A stretch of DNA of 64,000 nucleotides from Bacteroidota bacterium. GTDB lineage: Bacteria; Bacteroidota; Bacteroidia; Flavobacteriales_F; PHOS-HE28. A model generated the notes under the pieces. It worked only from the letters and a program-made list of their open reading frames with translations, had not been told where the DNA came from and ran no database searches. The stretch spans positions 1,488 through 65,487 of the forward strand of contig JAFDZY010000255.1 in the NCBI GenBank assembly GCA_018266685.1. The letters are read 5' to 3'. This document shows positions 17,925 to 26,610 of the stretch, piece after piece. Each line of letters begins with the position of its first letter. The stretch's first letter is position 1. A program made the position numbers and the translations under genes.

Positions 17925-18818
17925 ATGTCATACCATCAATTTACTCATTTAAGATTCAATAAGAGCACATCATACAACTTGGGCTTCCGATGCATTCTAT
18001 TTTTCTCACTATCAACTGTAATACAAACCGTTCAGGCCCAATACCCGGTGTTCCACCTACTAGATAGTGCGCTGACACTCATGGAAAGTCCGCGTTATAT
18101 GGAAGGAGCGCAGATATACCGCACACTTCCGGCTGCACGGATTGATCCGCGGCGGAAATTGAGTGCGTGCCTGAGCGCTCTGAATAACCAAGACTCCAGC
18201 TTGTTCAAGACGGTATTGTTGGACCTCGCGGCGAACCATGGCTTTTTTGAGAACGGTCCAATGAAGATAAATGCCTTAAGAGAAGCATTGGATAGCGGTG
18301 GCTATGCGATCTGGTTGGCATCGAAACGGGATAGTTGCCGCATCCACTTCTTACGAACGCATATAGACAGATCGGAAGTAATGCGTCGCATGCGTCGCAT
18401 ATATGAATTGGACCAAGCTCGCGCTCTTGTGGAACGGTATAGTAGTGTTGATTCCGTCACATATTCTATAGTCACGGGAATAGATCAAGAGAACTTATAT
18501 GAGATTATAGCATTGGCTCATGAATATGGATTGCCGAACGATTTTGATGACCTTTGGAATACATCAGGACTCGTTGAACTTGTACTTTTTCATTGTGGCA
18601 AGAACCCGCATGGATTTCAGCAACGTTGGGATGCCATAATGCCCTATTTGAATAAGGCATACGCAGCAGGAAAGATTGGTAGCGAATATTTGCGCATTTA
18701 CGATACAACCTTGTATATGAATGCCGGTGTGCAGTATTACGGCACACTGGAAAATGCTCCTGTCCGGGATCCCAAGGGGTTGCCCCAGCGGAGAGCGGAA
18801 CGCGGTCTGGCCCCATGA
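17925..18818 (+). CDS. hypothetical protein with N-terminal hydrophobic/signal-like segment
   Basis: 297-aa low-GC ORF whose stop overlaps the ATP-grasp start (ATGA at 18815-18818). The C-terminal half (IDQENLYEIIALAHEYGLP...LRIYDTTLYMNAGVQYYGT) reminds me of the DUF6624 pattern; unverified. Confidence 0.6.
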   Translation: MSYHQFTHLRFNKSTSYNLGFRCILFFSLSTVIQTVQAQYPVFHLLDSALTLMESPRYMEGAQIYRTLPAARIDPRRKLSACLSALNNQDSSLFKTVLLDLAANHGFFENGPMKINALREALDSGGYAIWLASKRDSCRIHFLRTHIDRSEVMRRMRRIYELDQARALVERYSSVDSVTYSIVTGIDQENLYEIIALAHEYGLPNDFDDLWNTSGLVELVLFHCGKNPHGFQQRWDAIMPYLNKAYAAGKIGSEYLRIYDTTLYMNAGVQYYGTLENAPVRDPKGLPQRRAERGLAP

Positions 18819-19813
18819 TTGTGATTGTTTCAAACAATGATGATCAATCGACAAATGAAGTCATTGATTGGCTGTATCATTACGGCGTGGAATTTGTTCG
18901 GATCAATGAAGGCGACTTAGTCGCTTCATACTCCGTATCGCTTTCTATTGAGGGCTTGGTTTATGACTTCAAAATTCCATCGTTGGACATACATTTCAAA
19001 CCGCCACTAACGATTTGGTATAGACGAGGCGGGTTCTCGACCGGACGCTGGACCCCTCCACTATTGGAACCGATGAGCAGGAAGGAACAGCAATCCCTTC
19101 AAGATCAGGTTATGTGGGAATGGAAGACTGCCGAACATGCACTCACATCCACAGTATTCAACGGTATGCTCAACAGCCCGTTGGACAACGGAATCAACAA
19201 GTTCCTCGTGCTTAAAAGCGCGCATGCCGTTGGCTTGGACATACCGGAGACATTAATCACCACCAATCGTCATGAGGTGGAAGCGTTCAAACGCAAGCAC
19301 GGCCGGATTATAACAAAGAACCTTGCGCCAGGTGTGTTTGTCGAGGTCAAGAATGCGGCCTACATCGGGTTCACTGAAGAATGCTCGTGGCGGTTCATTC
19401 GTTCTCTTCCAAGAATCTTTCCGCCATCACTGTTTCAACGGATGGTGCCGAAGTGGATCGAGTTGCGCGTATTCTACTTGGATGGCACGTGCTACGCTTC
19501 GGCAATATTCAGCCAGCAAGACCGTACCACAAAGGTCGACTTCCGAAACTATAATCATGCACGTCCCAACCGAACACCACCATTCAAAATGGATGAAAAC
19601 GTACAAAGTCGTTTGCGAAATTTAATGGCCCTCCTGGGCTTACGCTCTGGATCGATAGATATGATTGTAACGCCTGCAGGGCAGTATCTTTTTCTGGAAG
19701 TGAATCCCGTCGGGCAGTTTAAGCAGGTGTCTCAACCCTGCAATTTCCGCTTGGAGCAAAAGATAGCACAACAACTGATAGAACAAAATGGATCGAATAG
19801 AACGCATCAATAA
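18815..19813 (+). CDS. ATP-grasp peptide maturase (microviridin MvdD/RimK-like; grasp-with-spasm type)
   Basis: N-terminus MIVIVSNNDDQSTNEVIDWL, NK..VLKSAHAVGLDIPETLIT, ELRVFYLDGTCYASAIFSQ...VDFRNY and YLFLEVNPVGQF match the peptide-modifying ATP-grasp pattern as I recall it. Confidence 0.85.
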   Translation: MIVIVSNNDDQSTNEVIDWLYHYGVEFVRINEGDLVASYSVSLSIEGLVYDFKIPSLDIHFKPPLTIWYRRGGFSTGRWTPPLLEPMSRKEQQSLQDQVMWEWKTAEHALTSTVFNGMLNSPLDNGINKFLVLKSAHAVGLDIPETLITTNRHEVEAFKRKHGRIITKNLAPGVFVEVKNAAYIGFTEECSWRFIRSLPRIFPPSLFQRMVPKWIELRVFYLDGTCYASAIFSQQDRTTKVDFRNYNHARPNRTPPFKMDENVQSRLRNLMALLGLRSGSIDMIVTPAGQYLFLEVNPVGQFKQVSQPCNFRLEQKIAQQLIEQNGSNRTHQ

Positions 19814-19973
19814 GCTTATAAAGAGCTGTGATTCCTTGCCTCCGTACTTTAGGATGAGCCACTTTACATCACGTGTACCGTTGGACCCGTCCACGTCCCA
19901 AGCATCGCTACGGCACAGGTCTACAAATTACAGATACCGCCCTGAAGTAAAACCTCCAGTTGTGCGCTGAACG

Positions 19974-21065
19974 ATGCAGATCTTTAAATTGCACGAGCAA
20001 GTGCGATTGCATAAAGGCCAATTGCGTGGTGTGGCCTATGATTTGCAACGCCAAGACTATTGGTTCCTGCCTTTGGGTGTGATTAATGCAATCGTGGAAT
20101 TGGAGGGCAAGCCAATAGAGAAGCTGCACGAACGACTCAGGCGCCCGAGCATGCCTCAGGGTGAATGGGTTGATTGCCTGATAAGTAGGGAAGTCATTTT
20201 TCCTTTGCCGCACGGCTTCCTCAAAAATTTCCCTGCACTTGATCTCACCTATGCCAAGCCTGGAAAGATTAGCACGGCTGTGGTGCCTTTGCCATATATC
20301 GACCACTCCATCGTTAAAGTCTTGGAGCGCGCAGGGTGCCATCATTTGGCGGTGGAAATAACTGCTGAAGAAACAAGCGGCTTAAATGCATTAGGGCCCG
20401 TTCTGGAAGGCACATCAATCAACTCTGTTTCTCTTCATTTCTCCTATTCGGCAGAATTGGATGCCAAGTTGGTGTGTTTGCTTAAAGAGCCCATCCACGC
20501 CAAGGTAAAGCAGGTGTACATACACTCTGCGCCTGATACTACCGTGAAGAAGAATCAAGGTATCGCATTGCACTACAATACGGCCATAACGAAGGAAGGC
20601 TACTTCCGTCCGAGTCTCGTATTGCATCAGGATACTTATTTGGAAGCCCTGACTTGGAATGTATATTTCAATCGAAAGATCTTCTTGACCCGTAATGGAA
20701 GTGTCACGATTGGTGATGGCGAAGAAATGCCGCTGGGCCATGGTAAACAGCGCATGCATGACCTTCAGGTGTTCCTTGATGGATTAGGCACACCTGCACT
20801 CTGGTCTTCGCGTAAGGACGAAATATCCGTTTGTGACGATTGCGAGCTGCGATATATGTGCATTGATCCTCGTGTGCCGGTCCAGCGTAAAGACGGTTCA
20901 TATTACCACAACTCGGAATGCAGCTACAATCCATTCATTGCGAAGTGGAGTGACGAAGCAGGCTTTGCGCCTCTTGCGGAATGCGGTGTGGTGAGCAATG
21001 CCGAAGGCTTTACCATTGATCACGAGCGCATTGCCGCCATCAATGCGGAACTCTGGGGGGAATGA
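19974..21065 (+). CDS. SPASM-domain peptide maturase lacking a radical-SAM cluster motif
   Basis: C-terminal Cys cluster SVCDDCELRYMCID...NSECSYNPF (C-x2-C-x5-C...C). No CxxxCxxC anywhere in the 363 aa. Its stop overlaps the start of the C39 ABC exporter. Confidence 0.75.
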   Translation: MQIFKLHEQVRLHKGQLRGVAYDLQRQDYWFLPLGVINAIVELEGKPIEKLHERLRRPSMPQGEWVDCLISREVIFPLPHGFLKNFPALDLTYAKPGKISTAVVPLPYIDHSIVKVLERAGCHHLAVEITAEETSGLNALGPVLEGTSINSVSLHFSYSAELDAKLVCLLKEPIHAKVKQVYIHSAPDTTVKKNQGIALHYNTAITKEGYFRPSLVLHQDTYLEALTWNVYFNRKIFLTRNGSVTIGDGEEMPLGHGKQRMHDLQVFLDGLGTPALWSSRKDEISVCDDCELRYMCIDPRVPVQRKDGSYYHNSECSYNPFIAKWSDEAGFAPLAECGVVSNAEGFTIDHERIAAINAELWGE

Positions 21066-23320
21066 GCTTCCCCTTCTACCAGCAGCCCGACCACATGGAC
21101 TGCGGGCCCACTTGCCTGCGCATAGTGGCCAAGTACCATGGAAGGTCGGTAAGCCTGCCCAAACTGCGGGCCTTTAGCGAGACCACCCGCACGGGGAGCA
21201 ACCTGCAGAACATTGCGCAAGCCGCCGAGGCCATCGGCTTTCGTACATTAGGGGTAAAGGTCTCCTTGCAAAAAATCTTGGATGAGCAGCCGTTGCCCTG
21301 CATTTTGCATTGGAACAGCAACCACTTTGTGGTGTTGTACAAAGCCAAGCCCAGCAAAGGCAAACTGAAGTTGCACGTGGCCGATCCCGGCCACGGCCTG
21401 CTCACCTACACCGAGCGGGAATTTCTGGACAGGTGGATCGGTGCGAACAGCCACCGGGATACCCAGGAAGGCATTGCGCTGCTGCTGGAACCCAGCCCTC
21501 GGCTGATAGAGCAGGAAGACGACGACAGCGAGCAGCAGAACAAGCAAGGTTTCCGCTTCCTGTTCCGCTACCTGCTACCACACAAGAAGTTCATTGTTCA
21601 ATTGGCCATCGGCCTGCTGGCGGGCAGCTTGATCCAATTGCTCTTCCCCTTCCTTACCCAAAGCGTGGTGGACGTGGGCATCCAGCACCGGGATGTGTCC
21701 TTCATCTGGTTGGTGCTGATCGCGCAGCTCTTCCTCTACATGGGCAGCACGGCCATCGAGCTGATCCGGGGCTGGATCCTGCTGCACCTCAGCGCCCGCA
21801 TCAACATCGCGCTGGTCTCGGATTTCTTCATCAAGCTGATGAAGCTGCCCATCGGCTTTTTCGACGTGAAGCAGACGGGCGACATTTTGCAGCGCATCAA
21901 CGACCACAAGCGCATCGAGCAGTTGCTCACCACCTCCTCGCTCAGTGTGCTGTTCTCGCTGTTCAACCTGGTGCTCTTCGGGGCGGTGCTGGCCTGGTAC
22001 AGCGGGATCATCTTCGCGGTGTTCCTCGCGGGCAGCTTGGTATACGTGGGCTGGGTATGGCTCTTCATGCAGCGCCGCCGCGACCTGGATTTTAAGCGCT
22101 TCGACCAGATGAGCGCGGAGCAGAGCAAGGTGATCGAGCTGATCGCGGGCATGCAGGAGATCAAGCTGCACAACGCCGAGCGGCAGAAGCGCTGGGGCTG
22201 GGAGGACCTGCAAGCCCGCCTGTTCAAGGTGCAAATGAAGAGCCTGGCCTTGGAGCAGACACAAAGCACGGGCAGCGGCTTTGTGAACCAGGTGAAGAAC
22301 CTCTTCATCACCATCCTCAGCGCCAAATTGGTGATCGACGGGGCCATCACCTTGGGCATGATGATGAGCATCAGCTACATCATCGGGCAGCTCAACAGCC
22401 CCATCCAGCAGTTGATCGGCTTTATGTACACCACCCAGGATGCCAAGATCGCGCTGGAACGCCTGAGCGAGGTGCACGGCCGGGCGGATGAGGAGAGCCC
22501 AGCGTCCAACGCAGGGTCCGCTTCGCGTGACCCTGCGGGGACTTTAATACACGACATACCGCCGGACAGCGACCTCGTGCTGAAGGGCGTGGACTTTCGC
22601 TACCCCGGCAGCCCCGAGCCGGTGCTGAAGCAACTGGATCTGAAGATACCCGCGCGGAAGGTCACGGCGATTGTGGGGAGCAGCGGCAGCGGCAAGACCA
22701 CGCTGATGAAACTGCTGCTGAAGTTCTACCCGCCGGACAGCGGCCAACTGCTGTACGGCAGCACGCCGCTGGAGCAGATCGGCCACCATGCCTGGCGCGC
22801 CCATTGCGGCACGGTGATGCAGGAGGGCTTCATCTTCAACGACACGGTGGCCAACAACATCGCTATCGGGCAGGAGGATGTGGACCGCGAGCGCCTCATG
22901 CATGCCGCGCGGGTGGCGAACATTTTGGACTTCATTGAGGAACTGCCCTTGGGCTTCAACACCAAGATCGGCGGCGAGGGTTTGGGCATGAGCGCGGGGC
23001 AGAAGCAGCGGATCCTGATCGCCCGCGCGGTGTACAAGCAACCGCAGCTGCTCTTATTTGATGAGGCCACCAGCGCACTGGACGCCACCAACGAGCGCAC
23101 GATCATGGAGAACTTGGATGCGTTCCTGCAAGGCCGCACCGCCGTGGTGATCGCGCACCGCTTGAGCACGGTGAAGAACGCGGACCAGATCGTGGTACTG
23201 GATGAAGGCCGCATCGTGGAAGCGGGCAAGCATGCGGAGTTGATCGCCCAGGGCGGGATCTACTTCCGGTTGGTGCGGGACCAGTTGCAATTGGAGCAGG
23301 TGGGGGCGCCAGTCGGTTAA
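21062..23320 (+). CDS. peptidase-C39-domain ABC transporter (double-glycine bacteriocin/RiPP exporter, PCAT)
   Basis: N-terminal C39 motif QQPDHMDCGPTCL, six-TM exporter domain, Walker A GSSGSGKTT, signature MSAGQKQR and Walker B LLLFDEATSALD. Confidence 0.93.
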   Translation: MSFPFYQQPDHMDCGPTCLRIVAKYHGRSVSLPKLRAFSETTRTGSNLQNIAQAAEAIGFRTLGVKVSLQKILDEQPLPCILHWNSNHFVVLYKAKPSKGKLKLHVADPGHGLLTYTEREFLDRWIGANSHRDTQEGIALLLEPSPRLIEQEDDDSEQQNKQGFRFLFRYLLPHKKFIVQLAIGLLAGSLIQLLFPFLTQSVVDVGIQHRDVSFIWLVLIAQLFLYMGSTAIELIRGWILLHLSARINIALVSDFFIKLMKLPIGFFDVKQTGDILQRINDHKRIEQLLTTSSLSVLFSLFNLVLFGAVLAWYSGIIFAVFLAGSLVYVGWVWLFMQRRRDLDFKRFDQMSAEQSKVIELIAGMQEIKLHNAERQKRWGWEDLQARLFKVQMKSLALEQTQSTGSGFVNQVKNLFITILSAKLVIDGAITLGMMMSISYIIGQLNSPIQQLIGFMYTTQDAKIALERLSEVHGRADEESPASNAGSASRDPAGTLIHDIPPDSDLVLKGVDFRYPGSPEPVLKQLDLKIPARKVTAIVGSSGSGKTTLMKLLLKFYPPDSGQLLYGSTPLEQIGHHAWRAHCGTVMQEGFIFNDTVANNIAIGQEDVDRERLMHAARVANILDFIEELPLGFNTKIGGEGLGMSAGQKQRILIARAVYKQPQLLLFDEATSALDATNERTIMENLDAFLQGRTAVVIAHRLSTVKNADQIVVLDEGRIVEAGKHAELIAQGGIYFRLVRDQLQLEQVGAPVG

Positions 23321-23463
23321 CCACGGATAGACACGGATGCACACGGAAAACTCTATATGGCCGGATGCCTGAGCATGAAATCCATAGCTCAGCCTCAGGG
23401 TCCGCTTCACACCTTCGCGAAGACGCTTCGGCGCACAAAGCGCGAGACCCTGCGGGAGTTCTG

Positions 23464-24738
23464 ATGGTCATGGCCGAACTGCGCAGCGAGCGCGTGCAGG
23501 AGATCATGGGGCATGTGCCCACGTGGACGATCCGCTACGGCATCACCGTGATCTTCAGCGCCATCGTGCTGCTGTTGCTGTTGGCATGGATGATCCGCTA
23601 CCCGGACGTGGTGACGGCACCCGGCACGTTGACCAGCACGGACCCGCCGCGCAATGCCGTTGCCCGCAGCGAGGGGAAGCTGGTGCGCATCGCGGTGGCC
23701 GAAGGCGATACCGTGGCGGCGGGCGATGCCTTGGCGGTGATCGAAAGCACGGCCAACCCTGCGGCCATGGACAGCATGGCCGCACTGCTGCCGGCGTTGC
23801 AACAGGCGTTGGTTTCCGGTGCGGAACAATTCCCCGTGCTTGGGAATTTGGACGTTGGCGAAGGGCGCACCGAGCTGGCCACCTTGCGCACGGCGCTCGC
23901 GGAAATGCAAGCGTGGCGCACGGACGCGTACCGCGCCCAACGCAATGCGGGCCTGCGAGAAAAGATCGCCATGTACCGCAAGCTGATCGGCTCCACGCAA
24001 AACCAGTTGAGTTGGACGTACAAGAAGCAAGCGAACTACGTGGCGGAGGCAAAGGTGGACAGCCTGTTGGCCAACAAGGGCGTGATCGCCACCACGGAGC
24101 TGCGCCAAAAGCAGAACGCCTTCCTGGACCAGCAAGTGGGCGTGGCCAACATGGAGCATGGCTTGCAACAATACCGGTTGGCCCTGCTGGAAACGGAAAC
24201 GCAATTGAACGATGCACTCCATGCGGATGAGAACCGGCAGCGCGAATTGGAAGAAGCGTTTCGGGGCAGCATGGAACGCCTGCGCGCATTTCTGGAAAGC
24301 TGGCGGTTGAGCCACACGTTGTCCGCACCCGTTGCCGGGCGGGTCTATTTCGCAGGTCGGCTCACCTTGAAACAATCCGTGAAAAGCGGGGACGTGCTCT
24401 TCAGCGTGGACCCGTTGGTGGCCAGCTACGTGTTCGAGGCCGCCGTGCCTTCCGCCGGTTCAGGCAAAGTACACTTGGGCCAGCAGGCGTACATCCAGCT
24501 TGAGGGCTTCCCCTCGAATGAGTTCGGCAAATTGATCGGCACGGTGCGTTCCATGTCGTCCATGCCGCATGAGGGTAGCTACCGCGTGGTGGTGGAATTG
24601 CCGGAAGGGCTGCGCACATCGTTCCACCGCACGTTGAAGTACCATCCGGAAATGAAGGGATCGGTGGAAGTGGTGGCCCGGGAACGCTCGGTGCTGGGAA
24701 GGATCTTTGACAAGGTGCGGGGGGCGGTGGAGCGGTGA
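23464..24738 (+). CDS. HlyD-family secretion (membrane-fusion) protein
   Basis: N-terminal TM, biotinyl-lipoyl-like GDTVAAGDALAVIES, long coiled coil and a C-terminal beta-barrel. The start is moved past a palindromic repeat that occupies the track N-terminus. Confidence 0.85.
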   Translation: MVMAELRSERVQEIMGHVPTWTIRYGITVIFSAIVLLLLLAWMIRYPDVVTAPGTLTSTDPPRNAVARSEGKLVRIAVAEGDTVAAGDALAVIESTANPAAMDSMAALLPALQQALVSGAEQFPVLGNLDVGEGRTELATLRTALAEMQAWRTDAYRAQRNAGLREKIAMYRKLIGSTQNQLSWTYKKQANYVAEAKVDSLLANKGVIATTELRQKQNAFLDQQVGVANMEHGLQQYRLALLETETQLNDALHADENRQRELEEAFRGSMERLRAFLESWRLSHTLSAPVAGRVYFAGRLTLKQSVKSGDVLFSVDPLVASYVFEAAVPSAGSGKVHLGQQAYIQLEGFPSNEFGKLIGTVRSMSSMPHEGSYRVVVELPEGLRTSFHRTLKYHPEMKGSVEVVARERSVLGRIFDKVRGAVER

Positions 24739-25041
24739 GGGCTGTGCTCAGGAGCGGCATTCCCGGAGGCCGCCAGAGGCGGATGGGCACTGACGCACTC
24801 GCGAAAAACGCGAGCGCGGGCTTCATTGTGGTGATCTGCTCCCTCAAGGTCTCCCGCAGGGGACCTTGTAGGTGGAACTCTGCTGCGTCAAGGTCCGCTT
24901 CAAGCCTTCGCGAAGTGCTACGGCCTGCACAGCGCGAGACCTTGATGGGACTCTGAGGGGACCTTGATGGGACAACTCGGGGGTGTTCTGTATGAGGACG
25001 GACCTTTGATCGGGGTGCGGGGAGCGATGTGACCTGCCGTC

Positions 25042-26265
25042 CTACTCCACCGTCCAATCCCGGAACAGCAGATCCTTTTCGTACGGATACCGCGCCACGT
25101 GGATCGCCTTCACCCGCTCGTACATCAACCGGCGCAGCGCATCGATGTTGTCCTTGCGTGTGGCGGAGATGAAGATGCTCTCATCATCGCCGATGCGCGC
25201 CATCCACGTGTGCTCCAATTCTTCCAGCGTGTACTGGTCCTCGCGCTTGGGGGCCAGGTCGTGCGGGTCGTGCGGCGCGGGTTGGTACGCATCGATCTTG
25301 TTGAACACCACGATCACCGGTTTGCCGCCGGCACCGATCTCCTCCAGGGTTTGGCGCACGGTGTGGTACTGGCTTTCGAACTGCGGATGGCTGATGTCCA
25401 CCACGTGCAGCAGCAGGTCGGCCTCGCGCGTTTCATCGAGGGTGCTCTTGAAGCTTTCGATCAGCTGGTGGGGCAGCTTGCGGATGAAGCCCACCGTATC
25501 GCTGAGCAGGAAGGGCAAGTTGCCCAAGACCACCTTGCGCACCGTGGTGTCCAGCGTGGCGAAGAGCTTGTTCTCGGCGAAGACGTCGCTCTTGCTCAGG
25601 AGGTTCATCAGCGTGCTTTTGCCCACGTTGGTGTAGCCCACCAGCGCCACGCGCACCAGCTTGCCTCGGTTGCCGCGCTGGGTGGCCTTCTGCCGGTCGA
25701 TGTCCTTGAGCTGGGCCTTGAGCAGGCTGATGCGGTCGCGCACCAAACGGCGGTCGGTCTCTATTTCCTTTTCACCCGCTCCGCCGCGTGTTCCGGTGCC
25801 GCCGCGCTGCCGTTCCAGGTGGGTCCACAGCTTGGTGAGGCGCGGCAGCATGTACTCGTACTGTGCCAACTCCACCTGAGTCTTGGCATGGGCTGTTTGC
25901 GCACGGCTGGCGAAGATGTCCAGGATCAGGCGGGGCCTGTCCAGCACGGGCCGCGCCAGTTCCTTCTCAACGTTGCGCTGTTGTGCCGGCGTCAGTTCAT
26001 CATCGAAGATCACGCAGGCGTCAGGCGCATGTTCCTCCATCCAGGCCTTCACTTCGGCTAATTTGCCCGAGCCGATGTGGAACTTGCCATCAGGACGTTG
26101 CAGCTTCTGCATGAAGCGTTTCACCGTGGCGATCTTGGCGGTATCGGCGAGAAAAGCCAGCTCATCCAAGTACTCCTCCACCTGCTCTGCGGATTGGCGT
26201 TCCGTTACAAGGCCGATGAGCACGGCCTTTTCCGCGATTACCTTGTTTTCTTGGGGATCGATCAT
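25042..26265 (-). CDS. hflX: GTPase HflX
   Basis: HflX N-domain, then G1 GYTNVGKST and G3 DTVGF, with the typical length. Confidence 0.93.
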   Translation of the reverse strand: MIDPQENKVIAEKAVLIGLVTERQSAEQVEEYLDELAFLADTAKIATVKRFMQKLQRPDGKFHIGSGKLAEVKAWMEEHAPDACVIFDDELTPAQQRNVEKELARPVLDRPRLILDIFASRAQTAHAKTQVELAQYEYMLPRLTKLWTHLERQRGGTGTRGGAGEKEIETDRRLVRDRISLLKAQLKDIDRQKATQRGNRGKLVRVALVGYTNVGKSTLMNLLSKSDVFAENKLFATLDTTVRKVVLGNLPFLLSDTVGFIRKLPHQLIESFKSTLDETREADLLLHVVDISHPQFESQYHTVRQTLEEIGAGGKPVIVVFNKIDAYQPAPHDPHDLAPKREDQYTLEELEHTWMARIGDDESIFISATRKDNIDALRRLMYERVKAIHVARYPYEKDLLFRDWTVE

Positions 26266-26283
26266 CCTTGAACGGGCGTAACG

Positions 26284-26610
26284 CTAAGGGTTCCCGCGCA
26301 AGGAACGTACATGGTCCACCACCAATTCGATCTGTGCTGGGGACAAACGGTCTTTGAAGCCGGTCATTGCCCCTTTGCCGAAGGTGGCCACGGAAATCAT
26401 TTCATCCCTGCCCAAGGAGCTCACGGTAAGATCCTTTGCGCCAACCAGCCCCAACTTTCCATCCGGGCCGTGGCACAGGGCACATTCCGCTTGGAAGATT
26501 CCGGCCCCATCCTTTGGCAATGTTCCCTGGGCGGGGCGGGGGCTATACGCAGCGGAGCAAGCCATCAGGGCCAATAGCACCGCCGATGCAGAAAAAACTG
26601 TGCTCCTCAT
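26284..26610 (-). CDS. class I c-type cytochrome (lipoprotein-like signal)
   Basis: MRSTVFSASAVLLALMACS signal and haem motif CALCHG. The start overlaps the upstream membrane-protein stop. Confidence 0.8.
   Translation of the reverse strand: MRSTVFSASAVLLALMACSAAYSPRPAQGTLPKDGAGIFQAECALCHGPDGKLGLVGAKDLTVSSLGRDEMISVATFGKGAMTGFKDRLSPAQIELVVDHVRSLRGNP

Noticed and set aside
19788-19970. 60-aa ORF in the ATP-grasp/SPASM spacer as a second RiPP precursor.
   Set aside because: It overlaps the ATP-grasp 3' end, has no GG motif and no Thr/Asp-rich core, and does not resemble the 17542 peptide. The 160-bp spacer could still hold a regulatory element.
24739-25041. About 300 bp between the HlyD gene and hflX as a hidden gene (for example an immunity peptide).
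   Set aside because: The region is filled with palindromic repeat-family copies (24843-24872, 24888-24950). Only a 73-aa low-complexity ORF is present, and it reads through them.
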